50,240 nucleotides of DNA from Anaerolineaceae bacterium (GCA_011620505.1 WOZA01000112.1:1-50240), one strand, 5' to 3'. Shown: positions 26,582 to 36,004, numbered from the stretch's first letter. Notes: generated by a model not told the origin, from the sequence alone. A program made the numbers and translations.

Positions 26582-27646
26582 TTATGCAAGACGGACTCTG
26601 GGGTCAATAAAGGCGTAGACTACGTCCACGATCAGATTTGCAAAGATCAGGATCGCGCCACTGAAAATTGCCAGACCAAGCACTGTGACGACATCCAATT
26701 GGCCTGCCGCATCGGCAGCTGCCTTACCAATTCCAGGGTAATTGAAGACAGTTTCTGTAAGCACAACACCACCCAGCAGACCAACAATGCTGGAACCAGC
26801 CATGGTTACGATTGGCAGCATAGCATTTGGTCGGGCGTGTTGATTGATAACGGTGTTTTCGCTCAAACCTTTGGCGCGTGCGGTTGTGACGTAATCCATG
26901 CGCAGTGTCTCGAGCATAGAAGAGCGGGTCACACGCACATAGGTTGCCCAATTGATGTAAGACAAAGTCAAAATTGGCATGATCATATGCCTGAGCGCAT
27001 CCCAAAATACGTCAAAGCGCAGGTTGAGCAAGGCATCTATTGAAAGCAAATGCGTATATTGTTTGAATTCACCTGAAAAGATGAGCTGACTAACCCAATC
27101 CGACATCTTCCCTGGTAAGAAATATTGTGGTCCGGCATAGAGGAGCATCAACAGCAATAGTCCAAATACAAAGGTTGGGAAGGATGTGCCGATGATGCTA
27201 TACACCCTGGCAGCCTGATCGATAAATTTGTTTTGGTTCACGGCGGCTTTCACACCCAGCCAGATACCCACCGAGAGCATCGGGTAAACAGTCCACAAAG
27301 CCAGATCCACCGTGTTCGGGAAGCGATTCTTGACAATATCGATAACATCCTGTGAAGCAGTTCGGGAGTAACCAAAATCACCAAACAGAATGCCGCCATC
27401 GCGTTCTCCGGTAACGGGATCTTTCACACCGACGAGCCAAATTCCATATTGCGTCAGGAATGGCTTATCCAGCCCGTATCTTGTAATAATGCCCTGGACC
27501 TGCTTATCATTTTTTGGGAAATCCTTGACATACAGCGCCGATCTCTCGACCGGACCCAACAGTTGCAGCATGCCAAAAATGATCAGCGTGACTCCGACCA
27601 ATAACAATGGCACCATCAGCAAACGACGAATAATGTAATTAGTCAT
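26582..27646 (-). CDS. Peptide/nickel ABC transporter permease (OppB/DppB-like)
   Basis: The N-terminus is MTNYIIRRLL and the EAA-loop region is TARAKGLSENTVINQHARPNA. Confidence 0.9.
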   Translation of the reverse strand: MTNYIIRRLLMVPLLLVGVTLIIFGMLQLLGPVERSALYVKDFPKNDKQVQGIITRYGLDKPFLTQYGIWLVGVKDPVTGERDGGILFGDFGYSRTASQDVIDIVKNRFPNTVDLALWTVYPMLSVGIWLGVKAAVNQNKFIDQAARVYSIIGTSFPTFVFGLLLLMLLYAGPQYFLPGKMSDWVSQLIFSGEFKQYTHLLSIDALLNLRFDVFWDALRHMIMPILTLSYINWATYVRVTRSSMLETLRMDYVTTARAKGLSENTVINQHARPNAMLPIVTMAGSSIVGLLGGVVLTETVFNYPGIGKAAADAAGQLDVVTVLGLAIFSGAILIFANLIVDVVYAFIDPRVRLA

Positions 27647-27671
27647 AAAGTTTCCTCACAGTTCATTTTGC

Positions 27672-27754
27672 CTTCGGAACAGGCAGAAAATCGTTCAGCT
27701 CATTCCGAAGTAAAAATGACTTCGGATCTGCGGGAGCCCCTAAGGGCTCCCGCA
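27672..27754 (-). promoter_or_regulatory. Intercistronic stem-loops between the binding-protein and permease genes
   Basis: A GC-rich hairpin GCGGGAGCCC-CTAA-GGGCTCCCGC lies at 27729-27754. A second hairpin CCGAAGT-N7-ACTTCGG lies at 27704-27726. One arm of the second hairpin can alternatively pair with CTTCGGAA at 27672-27679. Confidence 0.5.
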
Positions 27755-27775
27755 ATACGGGTCTAAGTGTACTTA

Positions 27776-29839
27776 TTACTCGACAAAGAAGGTGAAGGTC
27801 AAAACATCTTGCTGCAGCGCCGGGCGTCCGTAATACAGGCGCAGGGGCTGACCATTACCTTCGGTACAGCCTTCGGTGTTGAAGCGTTCCAAGCCGAGCA
27901 GGGAGGTATCAACTGTGCACACCGGAATTGGATCGTCGTAAGCGTTAGTCTCGGGATTGTAAATTGCAATCTCGCCGACCATCTGGTCCACCTGTGGGCG
28001 CATGGCAGTATCGACATCGATGATGTCAGCCTCACCAGCCTGAAGCATCGCAAAGCGGGTACCAAATTCAGGTACGATCTTAATTGCGACACGTTCGACC
28101 TTGGCGGGCTCGCCCCAATAACCATCGAAAGCGGTCAAAACAATTTCCTCACCAGGAGTCCAGTGATCCAACTTGTAGGCACCGGTACCATTCATGATCT
28201 TGCTGAAAGGATCGTCAGCAGAGACCATGGCATAGTTATTCTGCCAGGTATCGCATTCGCCATTCCAACCACCGTTTTCAACAACCCATTCCTTGTCCAT
28301 GATGGAACCCCAGCCCTGGGCAATGGTGGCCAACCAGGGGCCCCAGCCTTGTGAGAGGGTGATGGTGACGGTGTTAGCAGCGTCATCGGTAGTGAAGTGG
28401 GAGTAAACCGTCTCGCAAGCTGCAACCAGCTTTTCGGGTGGATTGGTTAGGAGGGTTTCGCGGCTGTCAGCGGAAGCGAAGTCATCAACAATACCAGTGA
28501 TATCATCGATTCCAACACCGAGGATTGGTTCAGCCAGGAGCCACTGCGGTGAGGAGTAGCCACCCTGCAGCAGACCGCGGACAAAGGAGTAAACCACATC
28601 TGAGGGGGTCAAATCACCACCTTCGTGGAATTTGACACCATCGCGGAGTTTGAAGGTCCATGTAGTACCATCTTCGGAGACTTCCCAGGATTCGGCTAAT
28701 TGACCAACAAATTTATCGGTCGCGACGCCATCATAGTAAACCAGTGTTTCGTAAACATTCTGGATAACTTCACCGCTGGAAGTATCGTAGCTCAAAGCTG
28801 GGTCCAGCGTGTCGGCATCACCAATGGTAGCGTTCACGATGGTTGTGGGGTCAGCCCCGCCGTCCTTGGATATGGTCTTGTAATAATCACCTGCGAAAAT
28901 CGGGTTCATAATACGCCCGGATAGCCAGGATTGTTCATAACCGTGGGCGGTCACCAAGACAACAGGGATACCAACAGCTTGATCGAAGTAGAGCTGGTTC
29001 ATTTGCTGATAGACTGCATGCCGTTCAGCAGGATCGATCAGACTTACGCCTTCATCCAGGAGTGCTTTGAATTGAACTCTCAGGTCTTCAGGCAGGTTCT
29101 GGCGAGCGCCATAGGTGCCAGTGGTGTAGGGTTGATACCAGTTGTGAGGATCGTGAATATCTTCCAACCAGCCAGCGACCATGATGGGGATTTTATGGGC
29201 GCGTTGGGCAGCCAGGTAGGCAGGCCAGGGCAGACCGAGTACTTCAAGGACAAATTTGTCGTTGATCTCAGCCAGGTTGGTCTGCAAAATTTCAGCATAT
29301 GTCTGACGGGTGGCGTTACCGGTGTTATAAGCCATCTGAATTCTGAAACCCATTTCCCAGACATCATCCGGATCTTCACCAGCAGGAATACCATCTTTGT
29401 CGACGTCAGCCAGTTTAAATTCTTCAGCAGCCTTTTCGAGGTCTAACGTGAAGTGAGGGGCCTCAGGATCGTAGCCAGGCATACCAATCAGGGCCAGAAC
29501 GTTGGACTGGATAGCTTCGCCCTGGTAGATTTCATTGATGACGGCATCCCAATCGAAGGCGTATGCAAAACCGCGGCGAATGTGGACGTCGTCAAAGAAG
29601 GTTGGCGGAGCGCCATTGCCATCGAGCTTATTCGAACCCAGGTACTGACTCATCGAGACGGGTTCTTCAACTACAGGTTCTTCCGCCACAGGTTCCTCGG
29701 TGGGTTCTTCCGCCACAGGTTCCTCGGTGGGTTCTTCTGCCGCAGGGGGCTCAGTAACAACAGGGGTTGTGGTTTGGCATGCTGAGAGAAGCATGCCGAG
29801 AACTAACACTAAAGCAAGTAAAACTGAAAACTTACGCAT
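27776..29839 (-). CDS. Family-5 (peptide/nickel) ABC substrate-binding lipoprotein with an acidic Pro/Glu linker
   Basis: A GGAGGAG SD precedes ATG 29839. The lipobox is MLLSAC. The linker is EEPTEEPVAEEPTEEPVAEEPVVEEPV. The body is SBP_bac_5-like (TWTFKLRDGVKFHEGGDLT). Confidence 0.85.
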   Translation of the reverse strand: MRKFSVLLALVLVLGMLLSACQTTTPVVTEPPAAEEPTEEPVAEEPTEEPVAEEPVVEEPVSMSQYLGSNKLDGNGAPPTFFDDVHIRRGFAYAFDWDAVINEIYQGEAIQSNVLALIGMPGYDPEAPHFTLDLEKAAEEFKLADVDKDGIPAGEDPDDVWEMGFRIQMAYNTGNATRQTYAEILQTNLAEINDKFVLEVLGLPWPAYLAAQRAHKIPIMVAGWLEDIHDPHNWYQPYTTGTYGARQNLPEDLRVQFKALLDEGVSLIDPAERHAVYQQMNQLYFDQAVGIPVVLVTAHGYEQSWLSGRIMNPIFAGDYYKTISKDGGADPTTIVNATIGDADTLDPALSYDTSSGEVIQNVYETLVYYDGVATDKFVGQLAESWEVSEDGTTWTFKLRDGVKFHEGGDLTPSDVVYSFVRGLLQGGYSSPQWLLAEPILGVGIDDITGIVDDFASADSRETLLTNPPEKLVAACETVYSHFTTDDAANTVTITLSQGWGPWLATIAQGWGSIMDKEWVVENGGWNGECDTWQNNYAMVSADDPFSKIMNGTGAYKLDHWTPGEEIVLTAFDGYWGEPAKVERVAIKIVPEFGTRFAMLQAGEADIIDVDTAMRPQVDQMVGEIAIYNPETNAYDDPIPVCTVDTSLLGLERFNTEGCTEGNGQPLRLYYGRPALQQDVLTFTFFVE
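29661..29746 (-). repeat. 27-nt tandem repeat encoding the acidic linker
   Basis: GGTTCTTCCGCCACAGGTTCCTCGGTG occurs identically at 29676-29702 and 29703-29729. Degenerate partial copies flank it on both sides. Confidence 0.8.
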
Positions 29840-29883
29840 TTTTCTCCTCCTTGAGAGAATGAATTTGGATTTACTCAGTTTCG

Positions 29884-30918
29884 TCATTTTAAGATTGAAT
29901 TTTCCTCAAATGTGACCTCCTTTAAAGGGCTGGGAACCTCCGCCTTAAAACACTCAACAAAGTGACCCGGCAGGATTTCACGGAATTCCGGCCTACCCTT
30001 TTCGCATTCTTCATCCGCCTTGGGGCAGCGTGTTCTAAAACGGCAGCCAGAAGGTGGATTTGCAGGCGATGGCACATCGCCTTCCAAGACGATGCGGGAA
30101 CGCCTGCGATAATGCTCAGGATCCGGAACCGGAATGGCTGATAGTAAAGCCTGGGTATAAGGGTGCAGAGGATTGTTATAGATTTCATTGCGATCTGCCA
30201 GTTCAACGATGATGCCGAGGTACATTACCGCGACACGATCACTGATGTGGCGGACCATGGAAAGGTCATGCGCAATGAACAGATAAGTTAGATTGAGCTC
30301 TTTTTGAAGATCTTCAAATAAGTTGATGATCTGCGCCTGGATGGACACATCCAGCGCTGATATAGGCTCATCACAGACAATAAAGGCTGGGTTCAGTGCC
30401 AGTGCCCGTGCAATGCCAATACGTTGGCGCTGACCGCCAGAAAACTCATGGGGGAAGCGGTAGATGAAGTCAGGATCCAAACGAACCAATCTCATCAACT
30501 CTTTAACACGAGTATCGAGTTCTTTACCTGTAGCCATGCCAAATGCTAGAAGCGGTTCGGCAATGATATCGCGAACAGTCATACGCGGGTTGAGGCTGGC
30601 ATAAGGGTCCTGGAAGATCATCTGGATTTCTTTGCGCATCAAACGCATTGGTTCTTCTTTGAGACTAACCAGGTCAATATCCCTGAAGTAAACATGACCG
30701 GCGGTAGGCTTGTAGAGCTGTACAATTGCCCGGCCTGTCGTGGTTTTCCCACAGCCAGATTCCCCTACCAAACCCAAGGTCTCGCCCTTCTTAACCTGGA
30801 ACGACACTCCGTCCACAGCTTTTACAGACCCAACTTGTCGGCGGATAACACCCCGGTAGATAGGGAAATGCACCTTTAGATCTTCTACTCTGATCAATGT
30901 TTCTTCGTGATTAGACAT
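29884..30918 (-). CDS. Peptide ABC transporter ATP-binding protein (OppF/DppF-like)
   Basis: It has Walker [10 protein letters not shown], the signature FSGGQRQR, Walker [13 protein letters not shown], and an oligopeptide-type C-terminal Cys motif. ATG 30918 overlaps the upstream stop as ATGTCTAA. Confidence 0.9.
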   Translation of the reverse strand: MSNHEETLIRVEDLKVHFPIYRGVIRRQVGSVKAVDGVSFQVKKGETLGLVGESGCGKTTTGRAIVQLYKPTAGHVYFRDIDLVSLKEEPMRLMRKEIQMIFQDPYASLNPRMTVRDIIAEPLLAFGMATGKELDTRVKELMRLVRLDPDFIYRFPHEFSGGQRQRIGIARALALNPAFIVCDEPISALDVSIQAQIINLFEDLQKELNLTYLFIAHDLSMVRHISDRVAVMYLGIIVELADRNEIYNNPLHPYTQALLSAIPVPDPEHYRRRSRIVLEGDVPSPANPPSGCRFRTRCPKADEECEKGRPEFREILPGHFVECFKAEVPSPLKEVTFEENSILK

Positions 30919-31906
30919 CCCGCACGCTCCCATCTTTAGTGTTCACCCAGCAAGCTGCCCGATGACCCTCCTCGATTTCTATCAAGGGTGGGTTGACCAG
31001 TCTGCATTTCTCAACCACCCATTTACAACGTGGGGCAAATGGGCAGGAATGAGGTTTCTTATAAAGCATTGGGGGCATTCCATCAATGGAATACAAGCGC
31101 TTGCGTCCTTCACTTTGTATCTGGGGTAAGCTGCCTAATAGACCGATGGTGTAAGGATGCAATGGGTTACGATACAGATCGTCAATCAGGGAATCCTCAA
31201 TAATAAAACCGCCATACATTACATTCACGCGGTGAGCAACACTGGCGACCACGCCAAGATCATGCGTGATCCAGATGATCGCCATACCTACTTCCTCGCG
31301 CAATCGGATCACAAGTTCAACGATCTGCGCCTGGATGGTAACATCCAACGCCGTGGTCGGCTCATCCGCAATCAGGATCTGCGGAGCACAACTGAGTGCC
31401 ATGGCGATCATGACACGCTGACGCATACCTCCGGAATATTGATGCGGATAATCCTTCAATCGGTCTGCTGCCCGGGGGATGCCGACCTGCTCAAGTAATT
31501 CAATCGATCGATCGCGCGCTTGTTCCTTAGTTAGACCCAGGTGCAGCATCAGTGGTTCCGCCAACTGCTTCCCGATTGTCATGACCGGATTCAAAGAGGT
31601 CATGGGGTCCTGAAAGACCATGGAAATCTGACCACCTCGGACGTGGCGAATTTCCTCATTCGACATTTTGAGCAAGTCTTTCCCCCTGAACATGGCTTGC
31701 CCAGCTACGATCTTGCCAGGGGGTTGTTGAATCAGTCGCAGAATGGAAAGCATTGTTACACTCTTGCCGCAGCCACTTTCGCCGACAACTCCCAATGTCT
31801 CCCCTTCCTTGAGTGTGAAATCGACGCCATTAACAGCATGGACAATCCCTTCCGGGGTGTTGAACTGCGTTTCCAATCCTTGAACGTTCAGAAGTTCATC
31901 TGTCAT
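30911..31906 (-). CDS. Peptide ABC transporter ATP-binding protein (OppD/DppD-like)
   Basis: It has Walker A GESGCGKS, the signature YSGGMRQR, and Walker [16 protein letters not shown] 31906 is preceded by AAGGA with a 7-nt spacing. Confidence 0.9.
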   Translation of the reverse strand: MTDELLNVQGLETQFNTPEGIVHAVNGVDFTLKEGETLGVVGESGCGKSVTMLSILRLIQQPPGKIVAGQAMFRGKDLLKMSNEEIRHVRGGQISMVFQDPMTSLNPVMTIGKQLAEPLMLHLGLTKEQARDRSIELLEQVGIPRAADRLKDYPHQYSGGMRQRVMIAMALSCAPQILIADEPTTALDVTIQAQIVELVIRLREEVGMAIIWITHDLGVVASVAHRVNVMYGGFIIEDSLIDDLYRNPLHPYTIGLLGSLPQIQSEGRKRLYSIDGMPPMLYKKPHSCPFAPRCKWVVEKCRLVNPPLIEIEEGHRAACWVNTKDGSVRDV

Positions 31907-31966
31907 CAATTATTCCTTAATCAAACTTTGTTAGGCATCAGCCTGTGAATGTGTGACATTAGTTAA

Positions 31967-32899
31967 TTATATTGTTAGTAGTGCCAGAGAATTACTAAGA
32001 CCGATTATATCATTATTATAAATGTCAATCCTGGAATTTTGCTTCACCCCAAGGACGCCATATTGATCACCTCTGAATTTCGGCTCTATGATTTCACAGA
32101 ATGTTGGCTGCGAATAAACAGTATGGCAAAGCGCTGATTCACCATTAAAGTCAACAAGCACCTTCATTACAGAAAGATTACCATCCACATCGACCAACGT
32201 CAGGCTACGTTGCTGCAATACAAGGTCATTTAGTGGTCGGACGATGCTTAGGTGCATCTTTCTGGCTTCCAGTTTGTCGACTTCCTGGTTGTAATAATCT
32301 GCGCCGTTTTGCAGAAGTGTATCAATAACAACTATAGGTTTTCTGAACTGCCTGGTCATTAATGAATCTCCGGACATTCCCGAGGCTGTCATAATCGCGA
32401 GACAAACGATCAGAGGGAGGAGATTACCAAATGTGCGTGAAGAAGCGAAACTCTGGTCGATGAGCACATTTTCCAGCAGCCCACACAGCAGACAAGTGAT
32501 TCCAATAGGAAGTAGGCAATAAAACCAACAAACTCCAGGGCGGATCAACTCGTCAAAATGGAGGATCGAACCGACCTCAGGGTGGATTCTGTTCAAATAC
32601 CATGGCGCAAATTTTAGTGGCAAATTGATGACCAAAAAAGTGAATAGGACGGCCAAACCACCCCAAAACACAATTCCCAGTATGCCATTTTCAAATTTTG
32701 CAGTCAGATAGCCCACCAAAATGGCTACCGGCAGACAAATTAATAGACCAGTAACAAATTTGAGAAAAGGCAGCGCAGCATGAGACCGGGCTAAGATCAA
32801 GGCATCCATCCCCCACGCGGCTAGTGTAAAAAACAGTCCGGCAATGAAACCATATAGAACGCTGAGGTTACTCCGCTTGCGCGAAAAATCGCTAACCAT
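31967..32899 (-). CDS. Hypothetical membrane protein (about 5-6 TM helices plus a ~130-aa soluble C-terminal domain)
   Basis: The ORF is long and visibly more AT-rich than its neighbours. It has hydrophobic segments but no motif I recognise. I prefer start ATG 32899 because the ORF-track TTG 32917 lies inside a candidate promoter. Confidence 0.55.
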   Translation of the reverse strand: MVSDFSRKRSNLSVLYGFIAGLFFTLAAWGMDALILARSHAALPFLKFVTGLLICLPVAILVGYLTAKFENGILGIVFWGGLAVLFTFLVINLPLKFAPWYLNRIHPEVGSILHFDELIRPGVCWFYCLLPIGITCLLCGLLENVLIDQSFASSRTFGNLLPLIVCLAIMTASGMSGDSLMTRQFRKPIVVIDTLLQNGADYYNQEVDKLEARKMHLSIVRPLNDLVLQQRSLTLVDVDGNLSVMKVLVDFNGESALCHTVYSQPTFCEIIEPKFRGDQYGVLGVKQNSRIDIYNNDIIGLSNSLALLTI

Positions 32900-32905
32900 G
32901 CTAAA

Positions 32906-32933
32906 AGTATATCTCAAAACTACCTATTGGCAA
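32906..32933 (-). promoter_or_regulatory. Candidate promoter TTGCCA-16-TATACT, implying a leaderless mRNA
   Basis: On the minus strand, TTGCCA lies at 32933-32928 and TATACT at 32911-32906. Only 6 nt separate the -10 from ATG 32899. Confidence 0.4.
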
Positions 32934-33036
32934 AGTATTTCTTAATGGCAAGTTGTTGTCGTTCTTTCGTTTTGTGTTGGGATAGATAGTAGCCTTCTTA
33001 TGCAAGCCATCATGCAGGCCCGTAGTTAAATAAGAA

Positions 33037-33058
33037 CAGGACACCGATTGGCGTCCTG
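33037..33058 (-). terminator. Stem-loop downstream of pnp
   Basis: On the minus strand the sequence is CAGGACGCC-AATC-GGTGTCCTG, with one mismatch. It is followed by TTCTTATTT. Confidence 0.5.
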
Positions 33059-33078
33059 CTCTTTCGACTGTAAAGAAG

Positions 33079-35334
33079 TTAGTTTCTACGATCCCGGCGA
33101 TCACCACCGGAGCTTCGGCGATCTCCGCCGCGGTCGGACCGGCGGCTGTCGTGGCGGTCGCCACCGCCACTACTATGACGCTGCCCACCACCGCTTTTAC
33201 CGCGGTTCGGGTTGTCGTGCTCTCGCGCTTCCTCGGGGGTCCAACCCTCAAGCAAAGCCTGGCGCGACAAGCGGATCTTGCCTTCAGGGGAAATGTCGGT
33301 CACCATTACGGTCAGCTCATCGCCCACATTGACCACATCCTCAACCTTTTCTACGCGTTCGCTGGAAAGTTGGGAAATGTGTACCATGCCGTCCAAACCG
33401 GGCAAAATCTCGATGAAAGCGCCAAAATCGGTGACCCGAACGCACCGTCCCGTATAGATCTTGCCGATCTCTGCGGTTTCTGTCACTGCCAGGATGCGGT
33501 CGCGCGCTTCTTCGAAGCCAACCCCATCCACTGATGCGATGTAAACCGTACCATCGTCGTCGATGTCGATCTTGGTGTTGGTCTCTTCCTGAAGCTGGCG
33601 AATGTTCTTACCACCAGGACCGATGATTGCACCGATTTTGTCCAACGGAACCTTCACCGATTCGATCCGTGGCACGTGCGGTTTCAGGCTCGGGCGAGGC
33701 TCGGCGATTGTCGCCAGCATCTGGTCGAGAATGTAGAATCGAGCTGACTTGGCACGATCCAGCGCTTCGGACATAATTTCGGGGGTGATCCCGGTGGTCT
33801 TAATATCCATCTGCAGGGCAGTAATACCATTGCGTGTGCCGGCAACCTTGAAGTCCATATCGCCGAGGTGATCTTCGGTGCCCAGGATGTCAGTCAGGAT
33901 GACGTACTTATCACCTTCCTTAATCAAACCCATCGCCACGCCGGATACAGGAGCCGAAATCGGCACACCGCAATCCATCAGCGCCAGGGTTGAGCCGCAA
34001 ACCGATGCCATCGAAGAGGAACCGTTCGAGGCCATGACCTCAGACACCAAACGCAGGGTGTAGGGGAAGGATTTCTCGCTGGGGATCACAGGCAAAAGAG
34101 CCCGTTCCGCCAGGGCGCCATGCCCAATCTCGCGCCGGGACTGCCCGCCGAGGCGTTTGACCTCACCGGTGGAGTAGGGCGGGAAGTTGTAATGATGCAT
34201 GTAGCGTTTTGAATCCATGCCATTCAGGTTGTCCAGTTCCTGGGCTTCCTTGGGGGTGCCAAGCGTTGCCAGGGTCAGAACCTGGGTCTCACCGCGGGTG
34301 AACAGACCGGAGCCGTGTGCACGGGGGGCAATGTCAACTTCGCAGGTGATGTCGCGTACTTCGTAGATCTTGCGGTTATCGGGGCGCTTACCCTGGTTCA
34401 GGATGCGCTCGCGAATGATGGCTTTCTCAGCTTCATCATAGGCTGCGCTATAAGCGGCAACAGCTTCCAGGGTTGGCTCTTCGCCAACCTGCTCAAGTAC
34501 ATATGCCTCTTTGATCGCGGCCATGCCGCCATAGAGGTTATCTTTGCTGTATTCCTGATCCAACAGAGCTTCCAGACGGGAGCGAACAGCCTCTTTTGCC
34601 TGGGCGATCAGATTGGCATCTTTCTCAGCCAGTTTGACGACCTTCTTGGCTTTGCCGACTTCGGCTGCCATGCGCAGCTGGGTTTCGATGATCGGTTGGA
34701 TAGACTCATGCGCCAATTGCAGCGCTTCAGCCATCAAAATTTCTGTTACCTCGTTCGCACCGGCTTCCACCATCAGAAGGGCTTCTTTGGTGCCTGCCAC
34801 GCGCAAATCGAGTGTGGAAATTTCCATTTCCTGTAAAGTGGGGTTTACCACCAGTTTACCGTCCACAAAGCCAACGCGCACGGCGCCAACCGGACCGCCA
34901 AAGGGGATGTCGGAGATCATCAAAGCAGCTGAAGCAGCGTTGATGGCGAGCATGTCCAATGGATTTTCGGTGTCAGCCGAGAGCGACATCAGCACGACCT
35001 GCACTTCGTTGCGCATTCCCTCCGGGAAGAGCGGGCGCAAGGGGCGGTCTGTCAGGCGAGCCACGAGGGTGGCATCTGTGGAGGGGCGTCCTTCGCGGCG
35101 GAAGAACGAACCGGGGATCTTACCGCCGGCGTACATGCGTTCTTCGTAGTCCACAGTCAGCGGGAAAAAGTCACCGCCTTCACGCAGGTCACCCATTGTG
35201 GCGGCCGCGAACATCATACTGTCACCCTGGCGCAGGATCACAGATCCGCCTGCAAGGCGTGCCATCCGTCCGGTCTCAAAGGTGACCTCTTTACCACCCA
35301 AGGTGGCAGAAAAATATTTAGCTTCTGGTTTCAT
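33079..35334 (-). CDS. pnp: Polyribonucleotide nucleotidyltransferase (PNPase) with an Arg/Gly/Ser/Asp-rich C-terminal tail
   Basis: It has two RNase PH domains, a KH region ([15 protein letters not shown]) and an S1 region ([20 protein letters not shown]). It lies immediately downstream of rpsO. Confidence 0.95.
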   Translation of the reverse strand: MKPEAKYFSATLGGKEVTFETGRMARLAGGSVILRQGDSMMFAAATMGDLREGGDFFPLTVDYEERMYAGGKIPGSFFRREGRPSTDATLVARLTDRPLRPLFPEGMRNEVQVVLMSLSADTENPLDMLAINAASAALMISDIPFGGPVGAVRVGFVDGKLVVNPTLQEMEISTLDLRVAGTKEALLMVEAGANEVTEILMAEALQLAHESIQPIIETQLRMAAEVGKAKKVVKLAEKDANLIAQAKEAVRSRLEALLDQEYSKDNLYGGMAAIKEAYVLEQVGEEPTLEAVAAYSAAYDEAEKAIIRERILNQGKRPDNRKIYEVRDITCEVDIAPRAHGSGLFTRGETQVLTLATLGTPKEAQELDNLNGMDSKRYMHHYNFPPYSTGEVKRLGGQSRREIGHGALAERALLPVIPSEKSFPYTLRLVSEVMASNGSSSMASVCGSTLALMDCGVPISAPVSGVAMGLIKEGDKYVILTDILGTEDHLGDMDFKVAGTRNGITALQMDIKTTGITPEIMSEALDRAKSARFYILDQMLATIAEPRPSLKPHVPRIESVKVPLDKIGAIIGPGGKNIRQLQEETNTKIDIDDDGTVYIASVDGVGFEEARDRILAVTETAEIGKIYTGRCVRVTDFGAFIEILPGLDGMVHISQLSSERVEKVEDVVNVGDELTVMVTDISPEGKIRLSRQALLEGWTPEEAREHDNPNRGKSGGGQRHSSGGGDRHDSRRSDRGGDRRSSGGDRRDRRN

Positions 35335-35451
35335 GTTGTCCTTTCACTGTTTGCCAGTTCAGGGACTGAAAGCCGCCGCTCAGAATCTGATCAGCAATTT
35401 TCAATACCCGACTGGCATATATCGACTTGTTAATTAATAGGCACGAAACAC

Positions 35452-35481
35452 TCCCCCGCCTTTGTCTGAACAGGCGGTGGG
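35452..35481 (-). terminator. rpsO-pnp intergenic hairpin (terminator or attenuator)
   Basis: On the minus strand the sequence is CCCACCGCC-N12-GGCGGGGGAG, followed by TGTTTCGTG. It starts 35 nt after the rpsO stop. Confidence 0.5.
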
Positions 35482-35515
35482 AATTGTTTTCGCGCAAACG
35501 ACCTTCATTTAATAC

Positions 35516-35788
35516 TTATTTCCGGCGAATATTCAGAGATTCTGTGATCGCCAGGAAACTATCATAATTCTTCTGGCGCAAATAAGCCAAAAGACGACGA
35601 CGCTGACCCACCAGCTTCAACAGCCCGCGGCGAGAAGACTCGTCGTGCTTGTTGGTGCGCAGATGATCGGTCAGTTGCGAAATACGCGCTGAAAGAAGAG
35701 CAATCTGGACCTCGGGGGAACCCGTGTCGCCCGATTCTCGTGCGTACTTTTCAATAATTTCGGTTTTTTCTGCTTTTGTTAATGCCAT
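35516..35788 (-). CDS. rpsO: 30S ribosomal protein S15
   Basis: The 89-aa protein contains the characteristic [45 protein letters not shown]. An AGGAG SD is present. Confidence 0.95.
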   Translation of the reverse strand: MALTKAEKTEIIEKYARESGDTGSPEVQIALLSARISQLTDHLRTNKHDESSRRGLLKLVGQRRRLLAYLRQKNYDSFLAITESLNIRRK

Positions 35789-35877
35789 GACGTATGCTCC
35801 TATAGATTTTGTTTATTGCAGGTCTCCTTGCTCGCAGCCCAAAACTCCGGACCGCTCACCGGACCAGTCATGCAGTG

Positions 35878-35886
35878 ATTATAACA
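35878..35886 (-). promoter_or_regulatory. Extended -10 element TGTTATAAT for rpsO
   Basis: The minus-strand TGTTATAAT matches TGnTATAAT perfectly. It ends about 90 nt upstream of the rpsO ATG. Confidence 0.5.
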
Positions 35887-35906
35887 CGCTCCCGCTCCTA
35901 AGCAAA

Positions 35907-35942
35907 CGTTTGTCAAGGGCGTTTGTCAAGGGCGGTTGTGAG
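35907..35942. repeat. 13-nt tandem direct repeat (2 full copies plus 1 partial) in the divergent rpsO/mmd control region
   Basis: CGTTTGTCAAGGG occurs at 35907-35919 and 35920-35932, followed by the partial CGGTTGTGAG. On the minus strand each unit reads CCCTTGACAAACG and so contains TTGACA. Confidence 0.8.
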
Positions 35943-36004
35943 AGCAGTAGAACAATAATAACTGCGCTTACCAACCTCCTCAACCCTATTTTTCTCCTAT
36001 CTGA

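Noticed and set aside
33048-33534. Plus-strand ORFs at 33048-33332, 33151-33534 and 33212-33457 overlap the 3' end of pnp.
   Set aside because: They are antisense to the repetitive Arg/Gly-coding tail and the S1 domain of a clearly identified pnp. Their products are low-complexity and have no start context.
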